Below are positions 27,283-40,700 of a stretch of 64,000 bases of DNA, piece by piece. Both the position numbers and the translations under genes were made by a program. The DNA is from the human T2T-CHM13v2.0 reference genome, Homo sapiens, in assembly GCF_009914755.1 (NCBI RefSeq), contig NC_060927.1; one strand, given 5' to 3'. The notes under the pieces were generated by a model. That model ran no database searches and was not told where the DNA came from. It saw only the letters and a program-made list of their open reading frames with translations. Position 1 is the first letter of the stretch, and the number at the start of each line of letters is the position of its first letter.

Positions 27283-28015
27283 GCATTCACACACAGAGAG
27301 ATTAACAATAAACTATTTTAATAAGGATGATTGACTTTACTATTCCTCAGGCTCAGATTAAGTAGTTACGGCAAGCTTTTTCATGACATTTCAAACCAAC
27401 TGAAATGAATGATTTTAAATATTTTCTCACAGTCAGAGCTACTATTCTATTTAGCATTTTACAACTCATATTCAATATGTTTTTTTCCCTAAATATTAAG
27501 AAGGATAATGTTAGAGGTTAGCATTATATGTCAGTATGTTATTTGCTATATATGGGTATTATAGATTTTTATGTTTGTTTATTTTTTAAATATCAAAATC
27601 TTATAAAACCTATTACTAGTTTAACATTTTCATGTATAGAATGTATTTACAAAGTGACATATAAGAAAATTATGTATTTATTTCTTAGGAACAGAAATAA
27701 CACCAGTACAATACCAAAAGAGATTTAATTTTCTGAAGCATATCATATGCTAATAATCAATTTGAATAAATGAATTACATGAATAAATATCATGTAATCA
27801 TAAGAGTGGTTTAGTTCCTTGGTCTGCTTCCTACAAAATGAATCGAGTGGAGTTCCAGTTATGCTGATGATGAACTTCAAGGCATTGGTAGTTAACAGGC
27901 AATAAAACTCATTTGCCCTTTGCCCTCTGGAATGGGCTGTTTGATTTCCGCCAATAAAGAGTAACGGGGAAGACACTGAAATGAATGCCAGAGACAAAGT
28001 TAGGTAAAATAACTA

Positions 28016-28105
28016 AGGTGAAAGTGGGCATCCTTGTCTTATTCCAGATCTTAGCGGAAAGGTTTTCAGCTTTTCCCAGTTCAGGATGATACTTACTGTG
28101 GACTA
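28016..28105 (-). mobile_element. Isolated ~90-bp L1 ORF2 internal fragment
   Basis: ggtgaaagtgggcatccttgtcttattccagatcttagcggaaaggttttcagcttttccc...gatgatact. Confidence 0.75.
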
Positions 28106-31098
28106 TTATGTATCCATAATAATTAAACATACAAAAAACTAGGAAGAGGTGTCAAACTACAGGGTAAGAAAATGAAAGACAAACTTGGCCATTGTTTGAG
28201 CTTCAGAGTCTATAGCACTAGCACTGAGTTTTAGGATGAAGCAGAGTGAGGACAAAAGGACTCTGATGCCCAGAAGCTAGCGGGGCTTCTGACCTCGACC
28301 TTCCTATTCTCAGCTAACACTGCCCCGCCCCTGAAGGTCAAAACAAAAGTGTAGGAATTTCCCTTGTTTCCATCCCAGACAGAGCTCTACACTGTTTTCT
28401 CTTTCTTATGGGGGGACTGGATCAAGCCTAAAGGTATAAATTAAGTTAACAAAATGTAAACTGTTCAGAGATAATAGCATTTTGTTAGTTGATTCACGAA
28501 GATGAATCTTAAATGCAAATGGTTTGTCAAGGAGGAAGATAGAATAATTTCAGGACTGTTGTAAATTATTTTGTCAGCTACCTATTTAAACCCTATTGCC
28601 GTGAGGCCTAAGAAGAATTTTCTCACCTAAAGAGGATCTTTGGGGTCTTGTAAATCTCTTCTGTAACCTCTTTGTCTACCTTAAGGCTCTCAGGGTCACA
28701 CAATTTCTACAAATGTTGATTATGTGAAATAAATCCACATTCTGAACCTGTGAGAGCACCAAAATAGTTAAAAATGGATGTAAAATCCCCACATTCACAT
28801 CGCAGTGTTTATTCCATTTGCTGTACACAGAGAAATTTTCCAAACCAGTGCCTCAGGTGGGAACTAGATCTTAAACCTACTCTTAATATTAGAGCTCAGA
28901 ACTAACCATATAGTTTATTCATCCTAATCTTAAATCTTCTGTTTCAATGGAATATCAAAGATAAAGCTAAAAAGAAAATATTTTAATATTTGGAAATATA
29001 CTTTTTAATGTGTATGGTTTCTCTAGAAAACAAATGTCCTTGTAATCAGCTTATGTCTAATACAGTGAGATTAGAAGGAATGCTTACTATGTCTGTTTTA
29101 CATTGGGTTAAATTCTACAGCTGTTGCTATCCAGGCAAGGTCCTGAAATCTTAACTAATATATTAAAACTAATAGCTTGACATCTTGTTTCTATACCAGT
29201 TATCTACTTATCTAATGCTGTGGCTGTGAAGGTTAGCACACCATTCACAAGGGTCTCAGTTTTAGTGAGAATTTAAGGAGAAAATAGCATCATATGACAA
29301 AGGTGTGTTTCGTCTGCTTATCCAGTGTTCTAAAATTATGGGAGGACAATTGGGGTCTTGAATGGGGCCCAAAGAAGTCTGTTTTGTCAATTACCTAGTT
29401 ATCTAACTGAAGTTTGCTCTCTAATGAAAACTAAATTGCCTACTTCTATATTGCATAATCTTTAACAGTTGAAACCAAACAGAATACATCATCAATCTTC
29501 CTCAGATAGGACCCGTACATTTTCACAAAGGCAGGATATTTTCTGTTGATAGTACTCACATAGGAAACTGCTTAATGCACCACAACATTTTTTAAGGTAT
29601 GGTTCATGTCTCTTGTTTAGTGAAGCATTTGAATGATAATCAATTTGACTGATAATCCATCAATGAGGTAAGGTGTAAATGGGAGCATGCACTCTGACCT
29701 CAGATAATGTTAACCTATATAAGCCATTGAGCTGGGACATTAAGTCTAACTTTAGTTATGCCTAAATTTACTTGTGGAAAATACATCATTTTGATTATTG
29801 TTTACTAGCAATTTATTAGCATTTCATAACACTTAATTATGAAAACAAAACATAATTTATCAAGTCTTTTAATTCTCAGGTTTCTGAAAAGCATTTTGGC
29901 CAGACATGGAAATGATTAACCCCATCATTTCATTATCCATCTACTCATCCATACACACTTACATACTTACATAATGTAAAACATTATGACACGCCTGCAG
30001 TGTTACGTGCTCTGCTTTATGATCTGAAAATATGATAGTGAATAAGACAGGTACCTACTCTCAAGATGCTTATAGTCTATATTTAGGAAATGTTTGGGTA
30101 GCAGACATTATTTGATTGCCTTCCTGGCATCTAGTTGTTACTTCCTTTTTCTCAACACGGGTTTGGAAAACTATGACATTTGGTGAAGCTGTTGTTAAAC
30201 TAACCACCACATTTTGTCTCTCTGGTTCAGTTGTGAGCATGGGAGCTACACTGGTTCAACTAGAGTAAATATGTGGACTTTTGCTTAGAATTAAATTAAT
30301 GGTGCTATTTGTCCTATTATAATCGTCCATGAAAGAGAATTCACATTATAGAAAAACAGATGAGACTCAGGTGACTTTTAGCCAATAAATGGACCAGCTC
30401 TCTTAGTGTATTTAGTCATAACAAATGTGTGTCATGATGTCATCCCATAAAATGCACATTAGAAATTCTAGAATTACTTTAATTTGTTAAAACACTAAGT
30501 GATGGAATTTGCTTTATTTATCGGATTTGGAAAGAACTATGAATTAAAAAAATAACATAAAACTAAATTTCCATATACATTCTTGTTAAGAAAATCTGGG
30601 GCAACAATTTGATGTGACATTATTACCTAAAGCAGCTCAGGAATTCATAACTTTAAGAATTAGTTAAATAAAAATTCCTTTAAATCCAGCTGAGAGGTTT
30701 AACCACTTGAGAACAAGGCCAGAAATGGGAGAGGTAGAGGCAAAACACCCAAGAACCTAGTAAGTATGAAATAGGTAGTTGAGTGGGTAAGTGAGAACTT
30801 TAAGACTCAGCAGTCATTTAGAATTAAAATACCTTTCACTGATTTTTTAATATCTTTTAAAGAATAGTTCCCCTAATCCTATTATTCCTGATCATGACTA
30901 TTGCTTTTCAGGGCTAGAGTTACAACTTCATTTTACCAAATTGTTCCTTTTGTTAGAATCTTGCACTTGGAATGTAATATCATTCCTCTTGGTGGAAACT
31001 GACGCACTTTACCATGTGTTTGGAAAGCCCTTCCATAGCTGGGGGGCAACCTGAGCAATGTTTATCACCCATTCCAAAGGGGGTTATGGGTGGAAACC

Positions 31099-31158
31099 AA
31101 GACTAGATTCTAATAACTCAAAGCATGTAAGAAGACTGGATTCTGGTAACTCAAAGCA
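31099..31158. repeat. Diverged 33-bp-period tandem duplication
   Basis: aagactagattctaataactcaaagca / aagactggattctggtaactcaaagca. Confidence 0.8.
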
Positions 31159-31375
31159 CCTTGAACTGTGTTTGTGTAAACTCTGGGCCATATGGGATAC
31201 CACCCACCTATGGGAGACATCATAATGGAGAAGTTTACCAGTAGATTGAAACAAATGCAGATGATATTGAATAGACACAAAGCCAGACTGCAGGTGTTTG
31301 GTGTGTTGACAGAGTTAAAAAAATATGCTAGAACTGAGCTTCTCAAATGATCTGTGGTAAAAGTCCAGGTTTTTG

Positions 31376-33687
31376 TGATATGGTTTGGCTGTGTCACCAC
31401 CCAAATCTCATCTTGAACTGTAACTCCCACAATTCCCACATGTTATGAGATGGACCCAGAGGGTAATTGAATAATGGCGGCGGGTCTTTCCCATGCTGTT
31501 CTCCTGATAGTAAATAAGTCTTATGAGATCTGTTGGTTTTAAAAGAATGGGAGTTTCCCTGCACAAGCGCTCTCTCTCTTTGCCTGCCATCATCCACTTA
31601 AGATATGATTTGCTCCTCCGCCTTCTGCCATGATTGTGAGGCCTCCCCAGCCATGTGGAGCTGTAAGTTCATTAAACTTCTTTTTCTTTGTTTTTTTTTT
31701 TGTAATTGCCCAGTCTTGGGTATATCTTTATCAGGAATGTGAAAACAGACTAATACAGTAAATTAATACCAGTATAGTGGGATGTTGCTGAAAAATACCT
31801 GAAAATGTGGAAGTGACTTTGGAACTGGTTAACAGGCAGAGGTTGAAACAGTTTGGAGGGCTCAGACTAAGACAGGAAAATGTGGGAAAGTTTGGAACTT
31901 CCTAGAGACTTGTTGAATGGCTTTGAGAAAAATACTGATAATGATATGAACAATAAGTTCCCGGCTTAGGTCGTCTCAGATGGAGGCGAGAAACTTGTTG
32001 GGAACTGTAGCAAAGGTGACCCTTGTTATGTTTTAGCAAAGAGACTGGTGGCATTTTGCCCCTGTCCTAGAGACTTGCAGAACTTTGAACTTGAGAGAGA
32101 TGGTTTAGGGTATCTGGGGGAAGAAATTTCTAAGCAGCAAAGAATTCAAGAGGTGACTTGGGTGCTGCTAAAAGCATTCAGTTTTATAAGAGAAGCAGAA
32201 CATAAAAGTTTGAAAAGCTTGCAGCCTGACAATGTGATAGAAAAGAAAATCTCATTTTCTGAGGAGAAATTCAAGCAAGCTACGGAAATTTGCATAAGTA
32301 ATGAGGAGCTGAATGTTAATACCCAAGACAATGGGGAAAATGTCTTCAGGGCGTGTCAGAGGTCTTCATGGTAGCCCCTCCCATCACAGGCTTGGAGGCC
32401 TAGAAAGAAAAAATGGTTTCATGGGCTGGGCCCAGGGTCCCTGTGCTGTGTACAGCCTAGGGACTTGGTGCCCTGCGTCCCAGCTGCTCCAGCCAAGGCT
32501 AAAAGGGGCCAAGGTGCAGCTTGGGCTGTTGCTTCAGAGGGTGGAAGCCCCAAGCCTTGGCAGCCTCCACATGGTGTTGAGCCTGCGGGTGCACAGAAGT
32601 CAAGACTTGAGGTTTGGAAACATCCACCTAGATTTCAGAGGATGTATGGAAATGCTTGTATGTCCAGGTGGAAGTTTGCTGCAGGGTCAGGGTTCTCATG
32701 GATAACCTCTGGTAGGGCAGCGTAGAAGGGAAATGTGGGGTCAAAGCCCCCACACAGAGTCCTTGCTGGGGCACCACCTGGTGGAGCTGTGAGAAGAGGG
32801 TGACTGTCCTCCAGACCCCAGAATGGTAGATCCACTGACAGCTTGCACTGTGTGCCTGGAAAAACCACAGACACTCAACACCAGCATGTCAAAGCAGCCA
32901 GGAGGGAGGCTGTACCCTGCAAAGCCACAGGGTCAAAGCTGCCCAATATCATGGGAACCTACCTCTTGCATCAGCATGACCTGGGTGTAAGACATGGAGT
33001 CAAAGGAGATCATTTTAAAGCTTTAAGATTTGACTACCCCGCTGGATTTAGGACTTGCATGGGGCTATAGTTCCTTTGTTTTGGACAGTTTTTCCCATTT
33101 GAAACAGCTGTATTTACCCAAAGCCTGTACCCTCAAAAGGCTGTACTAATTTGCTTTTGGTTTTACAGGCTTATAGGTGGAAGGGACATGCCTTGTCTTT
33201 GATGAGACTTTGGACTGTGGACTTTTGAGTTAATGCTGAAATGAGTTAAGACTTTGGGGGACTGTTTGGAAGGCATGATTGGTTTTGAAACATGAGATTT
33301 GAGAGGGGCCAGGGGAGGAATGATATGGTTTGGCTGTGTCCCCACCCAAATCTCATCTTGAATTGTAACTCCCACAATCCCATGTGTCATGGGAGGGACC
33401 CAGTGGGAGGTAATTGAATCATGGGAATGAGTCTTTCCCCATGCTGTTCTTGTGATAGTGAATAAGTCTCATGAGATCTGATGGTTTTAAAAAATGGGAG
33501 TTTCCCTGAACAAGCTCCCTCTTTGCCTGCTGTCATCCACATAAGATGTGGCTTGCTCCTCCTTGCCTTCTGCCATAATTGTGAGGTGTCCCCAGCCATG
33601 TGAAACTGTAAGTCCATTAAACCTCTTTTTTTTAATTGCCCAGTCTCAGGTATGTATCTATCAGCAGTGTGAAGACAGACTAATACA
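31376..33687 (+). mobile_element. Complete THE1 MaLR provirus: 5' LTR 31376-31757, internal region 31758-33320, 3' LTR 33321-33687
   Basis: Both LTRs run tgatatggtttggctgtgtc...gactaataca. The ~1.56-kb internal region starts gtaaattaataccag and ends in the polypurine tract gaggggccaggggaggaa. TSD ttttg/ctttg. Confidence 0.95.
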
Positions 33688-34265
33688 CTTTGCTTTCAGA
33701 AAAGTTTTATGTCCATATATCTCTTCTGCCTTGGATGGACACTTTCGTAATATAAATGAAGTACTAGAAAACTTAAATACAAAGCTCCATTTTTTATGGA
33801 TTCAATAGACATCAAATATTCTGTCAATTTCCTATAGAAGTTTCCAGATGCCCACAATTTGGAGAGCACTTTAGTAGAGTTCATCTTGTAATTCTCAAGT
33901 GCAAATTAAATGTTTTTCTTATCAAGATAAAATAATCCAAAGAGGTAGCACCACCCTGAGAAAGCCTTAGAGAAATTTCTTTTTCACATCTTAGTTCTGG
34001 GGTCATATACTTGCTTAAGAGAACTGGGGTACTACATGGAGAAAAGAACATTAATTCAGATTTTTTGGGGGTCAATTAGAAGAAGAATATCCATTTATTT
34101 CTCTTTTAAGAGAATACAAGAGGGGGTGATAGCTTCAATTTTTGACTTTTGAAATAATTTAAGGAAAAGAGATTACTATATATAAATAGACTAAGAACAT
34201 AGTAATATAAAACTTGAATCTTACTTAAGGCTATATTCAATAGAAAGTAAAAGGGGCCCAGTTGG

Positions 34266-34682
34266 TGATATGGTGTGGATATTTGTCCTCTCCCAATTTC
34301 ATGTTGAAATGTGATACCCAGTGTTGGAGATGAGAATAGGTGGGAGGTATTTGGATCAAAGCAGTGGATTTTTCATGAATGGTTTGGTGCCCTCCACATG
34401 GTAATGAGCGTGTTCTTGCTCTGCTAGTTCATGTGAGAGCCGGTTGTTTAAAGGAGCTTGGCATCTCCTCTTCTTTCTCTTGCTCTTTTTTGCTATGTGA
34501 CTCACCTGCTCCCCTTCCCTTCTGTCATGACTAAAAGCTTCCCAAAGCCTCACCAGAAGCTGAGCAGATGCTGGTGCCATGCTTGTACAGCCTGCAGAAC
34601 CAGCAGCCGAATAAACCTGTCTTCTTTATAAATTACCAAGCTTTAGGTATTCTTTTATAGCAATGACAAAAGGGCTAACCTA
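34266..34682 (+). mobile_element. MST (MSTB-like) solo LTR
   Basis: tgatatggtgtggatatttgtcc...taaattaccaagctttaggtattcttttatagcaatg; perfect 5-bp TSD gttgg. Confidence 0.88.
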
Positions 34683-34837
34683 GTTGGCAAAATTTTTTAT
34701 TGATATACACATTTAAAATGTTTTGCCTATTAAAGGGGTCAGATGATTATTTTAGATCCTAAAAAATTAAAGGGGTTACCTGTCGTCTTTGGTCACAGAT
34801 TTCCCTTTCATTAGTGGATTAAGAATAGTGGACTAAT

Positions 34838-35165
34838 GGCCGGGCTTGGTGGCTCACGCCTGTAATCCCAGCACTTTGGGAGGCCGAGGTGGGTGGATCA
34901 TGAGGTCAAGATCTCGAGGCCATGCTGGCCAACATGGTGAAACCCCATCTTTACTAAAAATACAAAAATTAGCTGGATGTGGTGGCACACACCTGTAGTC
35001 CCAGATACTCAGGAGGCTGAGGAAAGAGAAGTACTTGAACCTGAGAGACGGAGATTGCAGTGAGCTGAGATCGTGTCACTGCACTCCACCCTAGTGATAG
35101 AGTGAGAGTCTATCTCAAAACATAAAATAAAATAAAATAAAATAAAATAATAAAATAAAATAAAA
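34838..35165 (+). mobile_element. AluSc-like with (TAAAA)n tail
   Basis: ggatcatgaggtcaagatc diagnostic; TSD-like agtggactaa. Confidence 0.92.
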
Positions 35166-35229
35166 GTGGACTAACAATGAATATTGAGTCTAAAGATGTT
35201 GCAGGGGAAAGTTATGAGGAAGTTTCTAT

Positions 35230-35760
35230 GCTGTGGAACTTGGATTGATCCTGTGGAAAATGGAGAACAATTCAAGAATTTTAAACAGAATGGCATGATC
35301 TGACTACTTTTCTATTTTTTGAAAAATTTTCTTCGTTATTGAATGGAGAATGTATTGGGGGTGCAATGGGAGATGTACATGAGTATTAGAGATGAGGAGG
35401 CCAGGTAGCTGGTGTTAAAATACAGTTGAAAGGTAATGGATACCTGAATTAAGACAGTAAAGGGGGGCGGTGGGGGGGGGAAGAGAGAAAGAGAGAGAGA
35501 GAGAAGAACAGATTTAGACTCTTCAAGCACTTATGTACAGGTGAGTGATTGAATACGGTGTTTAGGAAGAAGCAGAATTCAGGGCAATTTTTAGTTTTCT
35601 GTCTTGGTCAAAGGCACGTGGTCATGAACTTCATAGAAATGGGTACACAGAAAGAAGGAAAAGGAGTTAGAATAAGGAGGGGTGGGACTGATTCAAATTC
35701 AGCCATGTTGAATTTGGGATTATTGTGAATTCTGGAGCTAATTATGAGTAATTGGAAAAG
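35230..35760 (-). mobile_element. L2 fragment
   Basis: tggagaacaattcaagaattttaaacagaatggcatgatctgac...ttcaaattcagccatgttgaatttg. Confidence 0.55.
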
Positions 35761-36660
35761 GGATGCTTCTTTTGACTTTTGGGGCATAGTAACTAGAAAA
35801 ATCATAATTACATAAACAGTTTTAAACAAACTTCTTTGAGACATTTGGTCTATAAAAACTGCAAAGATTTAAAACAGATTCAATATTTTTCTGCCAAGTC
35901 CCTGTATGTAATAAACATGTTTCAAAATCAGAAAGAATTGGGAGGCCAGCTAGGACAATACTGATGTCAGACTGAACCAAAATCTAAAATGTAGAAGAAG
36001 CAAGAAATAAACCGATTATATTAACCAAACCTTAGTTTTCTGTACAACTTCTATATCAGAAACTTTATGAAATATGATGTTTTGCCTATTTTAAATTTGC
36101 ACTCTGTGTTTAAAGAAGAATGTGCAAAGTGAACATTCTTAAATAACAAAAACAACTATAAAGAAGTGTAGAGGGGATCTGTAATGACTTCTGAAGAACT
36201 TGGAATCATCTGAGATAGGTAAGATAATATAAAGGAAAGAATTCTGAACTAAGCTTGAGTCATCACTTAACTGGCTCTGAGATTCTGATTATTTATGCCT
36301 GCTTTTATTCAATCATCCATCAAGCATGTATCAAGTACTTGTTAAATGCCAGGTTCTGAGAATACCAAAAATAAATAAATAAATAAATAAGGCATTCTGG
36401 GTTAAGTGAGGAGGGGAAGACCCGCATACCATTACAATTCAATATGATAAATGTGATCAGAGCAGTCACTTAAACAGCTGTGGAGAGACAGCCTAACTCC
36501 TCCAGGGCCAGGAGTGAGCTTGGAAGAATTTTCTGCTCTGGGCAGAAACAGAAAGGAAACACTGAGAGTCATGTTTTGTTCTTAGAATAAAATTAGAAAA
36601 AGTATGGGGTAGTTTTATGTTTTTATTCTGGTCATGATAAGTGGTTCCTTATTGAGGTTA

Positions 36661-37249
36661 TATGGTGGTTAATTTTTTGTGTCAACTTGACTGGGCCACA
36701 GGGTGCCCAACTATTTAGTTAAACATTATTCTGAGTGTGTCTGTGAGGGTGTTTTCTGATGAGATTAACATTTGAGTCAGTAGAGTAAGGAAAGCAGATG
36801 GTCCTCCTTACTGTGGTTGGTCCTCATCCAAACAGGTAGAGGCCTGAATAGAACAAAAAATGGATCCTCCCACAAGTAAGAGATCATTTTTCCTGTTGCA
36901 GGGCCTTCAAATTGGGACATCAACTTTTTTTTTACCCATCTTTGGACTTGAACTGAACATCTGCTCTTGGATCTGGAACTACACCATTGGCTTTTTAGGT
37001 TCTCAGGCCTTAGAACTCAGTCTGAAACTAAACTATGGGTTCTGCTGGATGTCCAGCTTGCCAACTCTACCTGCAGGTCTTGGGACTTTCCAGCCTGCAC
37101 AAATGTGTAAGCCAACTCCTTGTAATCTCTCTCTTTCTCTCTCTGTCTCTTGCCTTCCCTCTCTCTCTTGTTCTTTCCCTGTATAGACAAACATACATAC
37201 ATACAAACATCATACAGGTTCTTTTCTCTGGAAAACTTTGACTAATACA
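36661..37249 (+). mobile_element. MLT2 (ERVL) solo LTR
   Basis: ggttaattttttgtgtcaacttgactgggccacagggtgccca...gatgagattaacatttga...tctggaaaactttgactaataca. Confidence 0.85.
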
Positions 37250-37456
37250 AGTCATTTAGTTGAAGTGCTGGCGTTGCTCCTGAAAGTTCTGTGTTTTTGA
37301 AAAAAACTAAAGAGAAGTTTGCAACTTAGACCTTGGAAAACCCAAGCAATTGGATTAAACAGCAATTGATAGTGGTTGAAATTTAAGATCAGTTTACCAT
37401 TCTGAGAAGAAGGGGTCTGTTTGTTTCATTTAAAAAATTTAAAGGTAAATAGTGAA

Positions 37457-37755
<299 letters not shown>

Positions 37756-40700
37756 AATATTGAAATTTTTGTTATTATTGAAGTTTCATTATTTGAAAAA
37801 TGAATTGAGCAATAATAAAAATATGAATCACCGATGTTTCAATAGAAATATTGGTAGGTTACAATCCTGATGTTTGCATCCTAATTTCACCCCAGCCAGT
37901 TGGCCTGGCTTTGGGGTTAACAAAAATATTTAAATATGGACAGAAGAGAGAAGTATACATTTTTTTCTATTTTTTAATAATCAGTATTGCCCAGGTTTAT
38001 TCCCCAATAAATCCTCCCCCTTCTTACCTGCTGAAGGTGTACATTTTTAAATCAGGTACACAGGTAACTGATTAAATAAACAATTTGAATAAACAAAGCT
38101 CTACTTACTCTAGGACAGAAATTTATGAAGTAAGAATTTTAATCTGCTTTTCAAATAATCTAATAAAATATTTGCAATATTTGTGTAAATATGTTAATAA
38201 AAGTAGGGATAGATTGAAGGGACCTAAATAGCTATAAAATAGTTGGTTAAATAAATAATTATGAAATACTATGCAGCCGTCAGAAATGGTGTTGTTAAAC
38301 TCTAATTATGACATGAGAGGATGCTAAACCTGTCTACATATGAAATTAACATGTAATAAATTGTACCAGTATTCCTGTTTAGAAAGGAACTGTCTTTGTG
38401 AAAACACTTAGGATGAGAGAGAACCTGCTTGCGTGAATGAAGGCAAATGAAGAATCAAAGGAACTATTCTGTCTGCTCTGCATGACGACCTAGGAGCAGA
38501 GGAGAATGACGGGACAGAGGACAGAAGGTCCAGCGAGATGTTGTGAGAAAGGGATTGTTTATAATTCAGGGCTAGTGCAAATTTCCTAGTAGGCGGCTTA
38601 CCAAAGGACCCTTTAGAACCGTAGATGTGTGATGTTTGATTTAAATGTTGGTACTGCTATGATGTAATCTTTTTTGTCTTCCCACTAAATCTTCAGTAAA
38701 GTCTGCTCCCAGGTGCTATGTATAAAGTGGGACTTTCTGCATAAATCAAAGAGGAGGCTGAATTTGATATCAAATGTGGAAGGAATGTAAGAAGCCTGGA
38801 GCCTGAAGCAGAGGAGTTCAGGAGAACAACTGTGAATTTTGAGGCTTCATCCACAGAATGTGGATTGAGGGTTTGAGCTAATGTTATTTAGATCTGATGG
38901 GGTAAGGAGGAGGCATTAGCTGACACTGATATGTGATATGTAGATGATCTTAAATCATACTTTTTGTGCAAGTTTGAGGCTACACTCAAATGTGCACACA
39001 CATTTACATGAACGAACAAAGATGAAAACATTGTACAGCAATAAGTAAACTGTGCTTCTGGGAGGTTGGATTTAATTTCTTCTTTATATATTTTTTCTCT
39101 TGAATTTTTAAAATAAGCACTTTTTGCTTTCCAGATCAGAAAACAAAAATATTTGCTTTGAAAAACACTATTTTGCTTTGCTTCTAGAACAAAATTTAAT
39201 CAAGCAGACGCTGAGCTTTGCAAGAACAGGGAAATATCATGGACCCACCTTATGCATTCTTTGTAAATTCTGTGTGATATTTGATATGTATTAGAAATGG
39301 TACGTACGTTGCAAGCTTTTTTTCCTTTTCTCTTGTTGCTTTGCCTTAGATAGGTAAATCATAGCTTTGGAAGGTTTTATGAGGTAGACTGTATCATGCT
39401 TTTTAAAGCTGTGCTTCTGCTTGTGGTATTTGTCCCCTTTTTCCTCATCCTCGCAAATACACTTTGAATGTCACTTCCTTCTTGGAAAGCTGTATCCAGC
39501 TCCAAGAGTGCTTGTTTGTTTTGTCTCTGCGCCTATGGTGCCTTGGGTATACCTGAAACAAGGTTCTTATTACAATATTGTGTGCTTTTTCCTATTTACA
39601 GCTGTTTTCTCCACTAGATTATTAATTCCACAAATTTCCATATCACAATTTTTGGAAAGACTATTGGTGTGCCCAAGATTTCTGTGAATTCTCAAGTTCA
39701 CTTCTGGCCTGAATTTCCTGCCCATACAGAATTTGATGAGAAGTCACCTTGACCCCTCATGTGTGCACTCCTGAGTTAGACAGGACACAGAACCATCTCT
39801 TTGTATGCCCTCTGCTTAGCCCAGATCCTGGCATAGGGAAGTTTCTCAGTTTGTGTTGCATGGATAAATACTGAAGTCAAGTGCTTACAATATGGAGCCT
39901 ACCATTACTCAATTCAGTCATAGCTACAAGGCTGCTCCACTGCATAAACCCATAAAACAGATTTAGAGTAGGCTTTTAACTATACATAGTATAACCACAT
40001 CAAAAAAATTTTTAAGTACAGATACATTATTGATGCTTTAAATAATTCAAACCTATTAAGAATGAGTATACATGTTATACCATCCCTCCAACACTGATAT
40101 TTGCAAAAAATCAACACTATCTCTTAACTTCCTAGTGTGATATTTACTTTGCAACACATTTAGAATTGTCCCATCTGTATTAGGTTTAACTTCAAAAATA
40201 TCTGGGGTCTGTTTTGTATCCAACTTGAAGAGAAAACTGCTCTGTCTTTCCACTATCATCTATTATTATTATGTTTTCTGTAATGCATTATACCATGTGT
40301 AACTAATATGTTAGCATTACAGAAAAGCATCTGCTTCTGTTTTAATGTCTTGATAAAAGTGTTGTAAATATTGTAGCTGTATAAGATTCCTTTCCTTAAA
40401 GGATCTGTTTCATTTCACCTGGAAACTATCCTAATTCTTAAATCTTTCAGCCAGATGCTGTATCTAGTAGATGAAATGTATGCTTTTAATCAACTTTTTT
40501 GTTAATTAGTCATAGAAAATATGCAGCTTTATATTTTTAAAAAGTGGTGTTAACATTCCAAGGTAAACAAAGAACCAATGATATAACATTCATTCCCATA
40601 CCATACAATTAACATAGTGTTCATATTTATTTAATTACTCAAAACTTGGAAAGTATACTTACAATGTAGAAATAAAGCATTAGGGGCAGCAGAGACCACT

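Noticed and set aside
27743-28000. Exon-like unique segment with a minus-strand acceptor (ttcatttcag)
   Set aside because: No frame resembles a protein I recognise, and I found no matching donor or partner exons.
31642-31654. Possible PRDM9 hotspot motif in the THE1 LTRs
   Set aside because: The sequence is CCTCCCCAGCCAT (and more degraded in the other LTRs), not the hotspot-associated CCTCCCTAGCCAC.
32048-33070. Cluster of overlapping ORFs of 75-130 aa
   Set aside because: All lie in the THE1 internal region and are broken remnants or chance frames.
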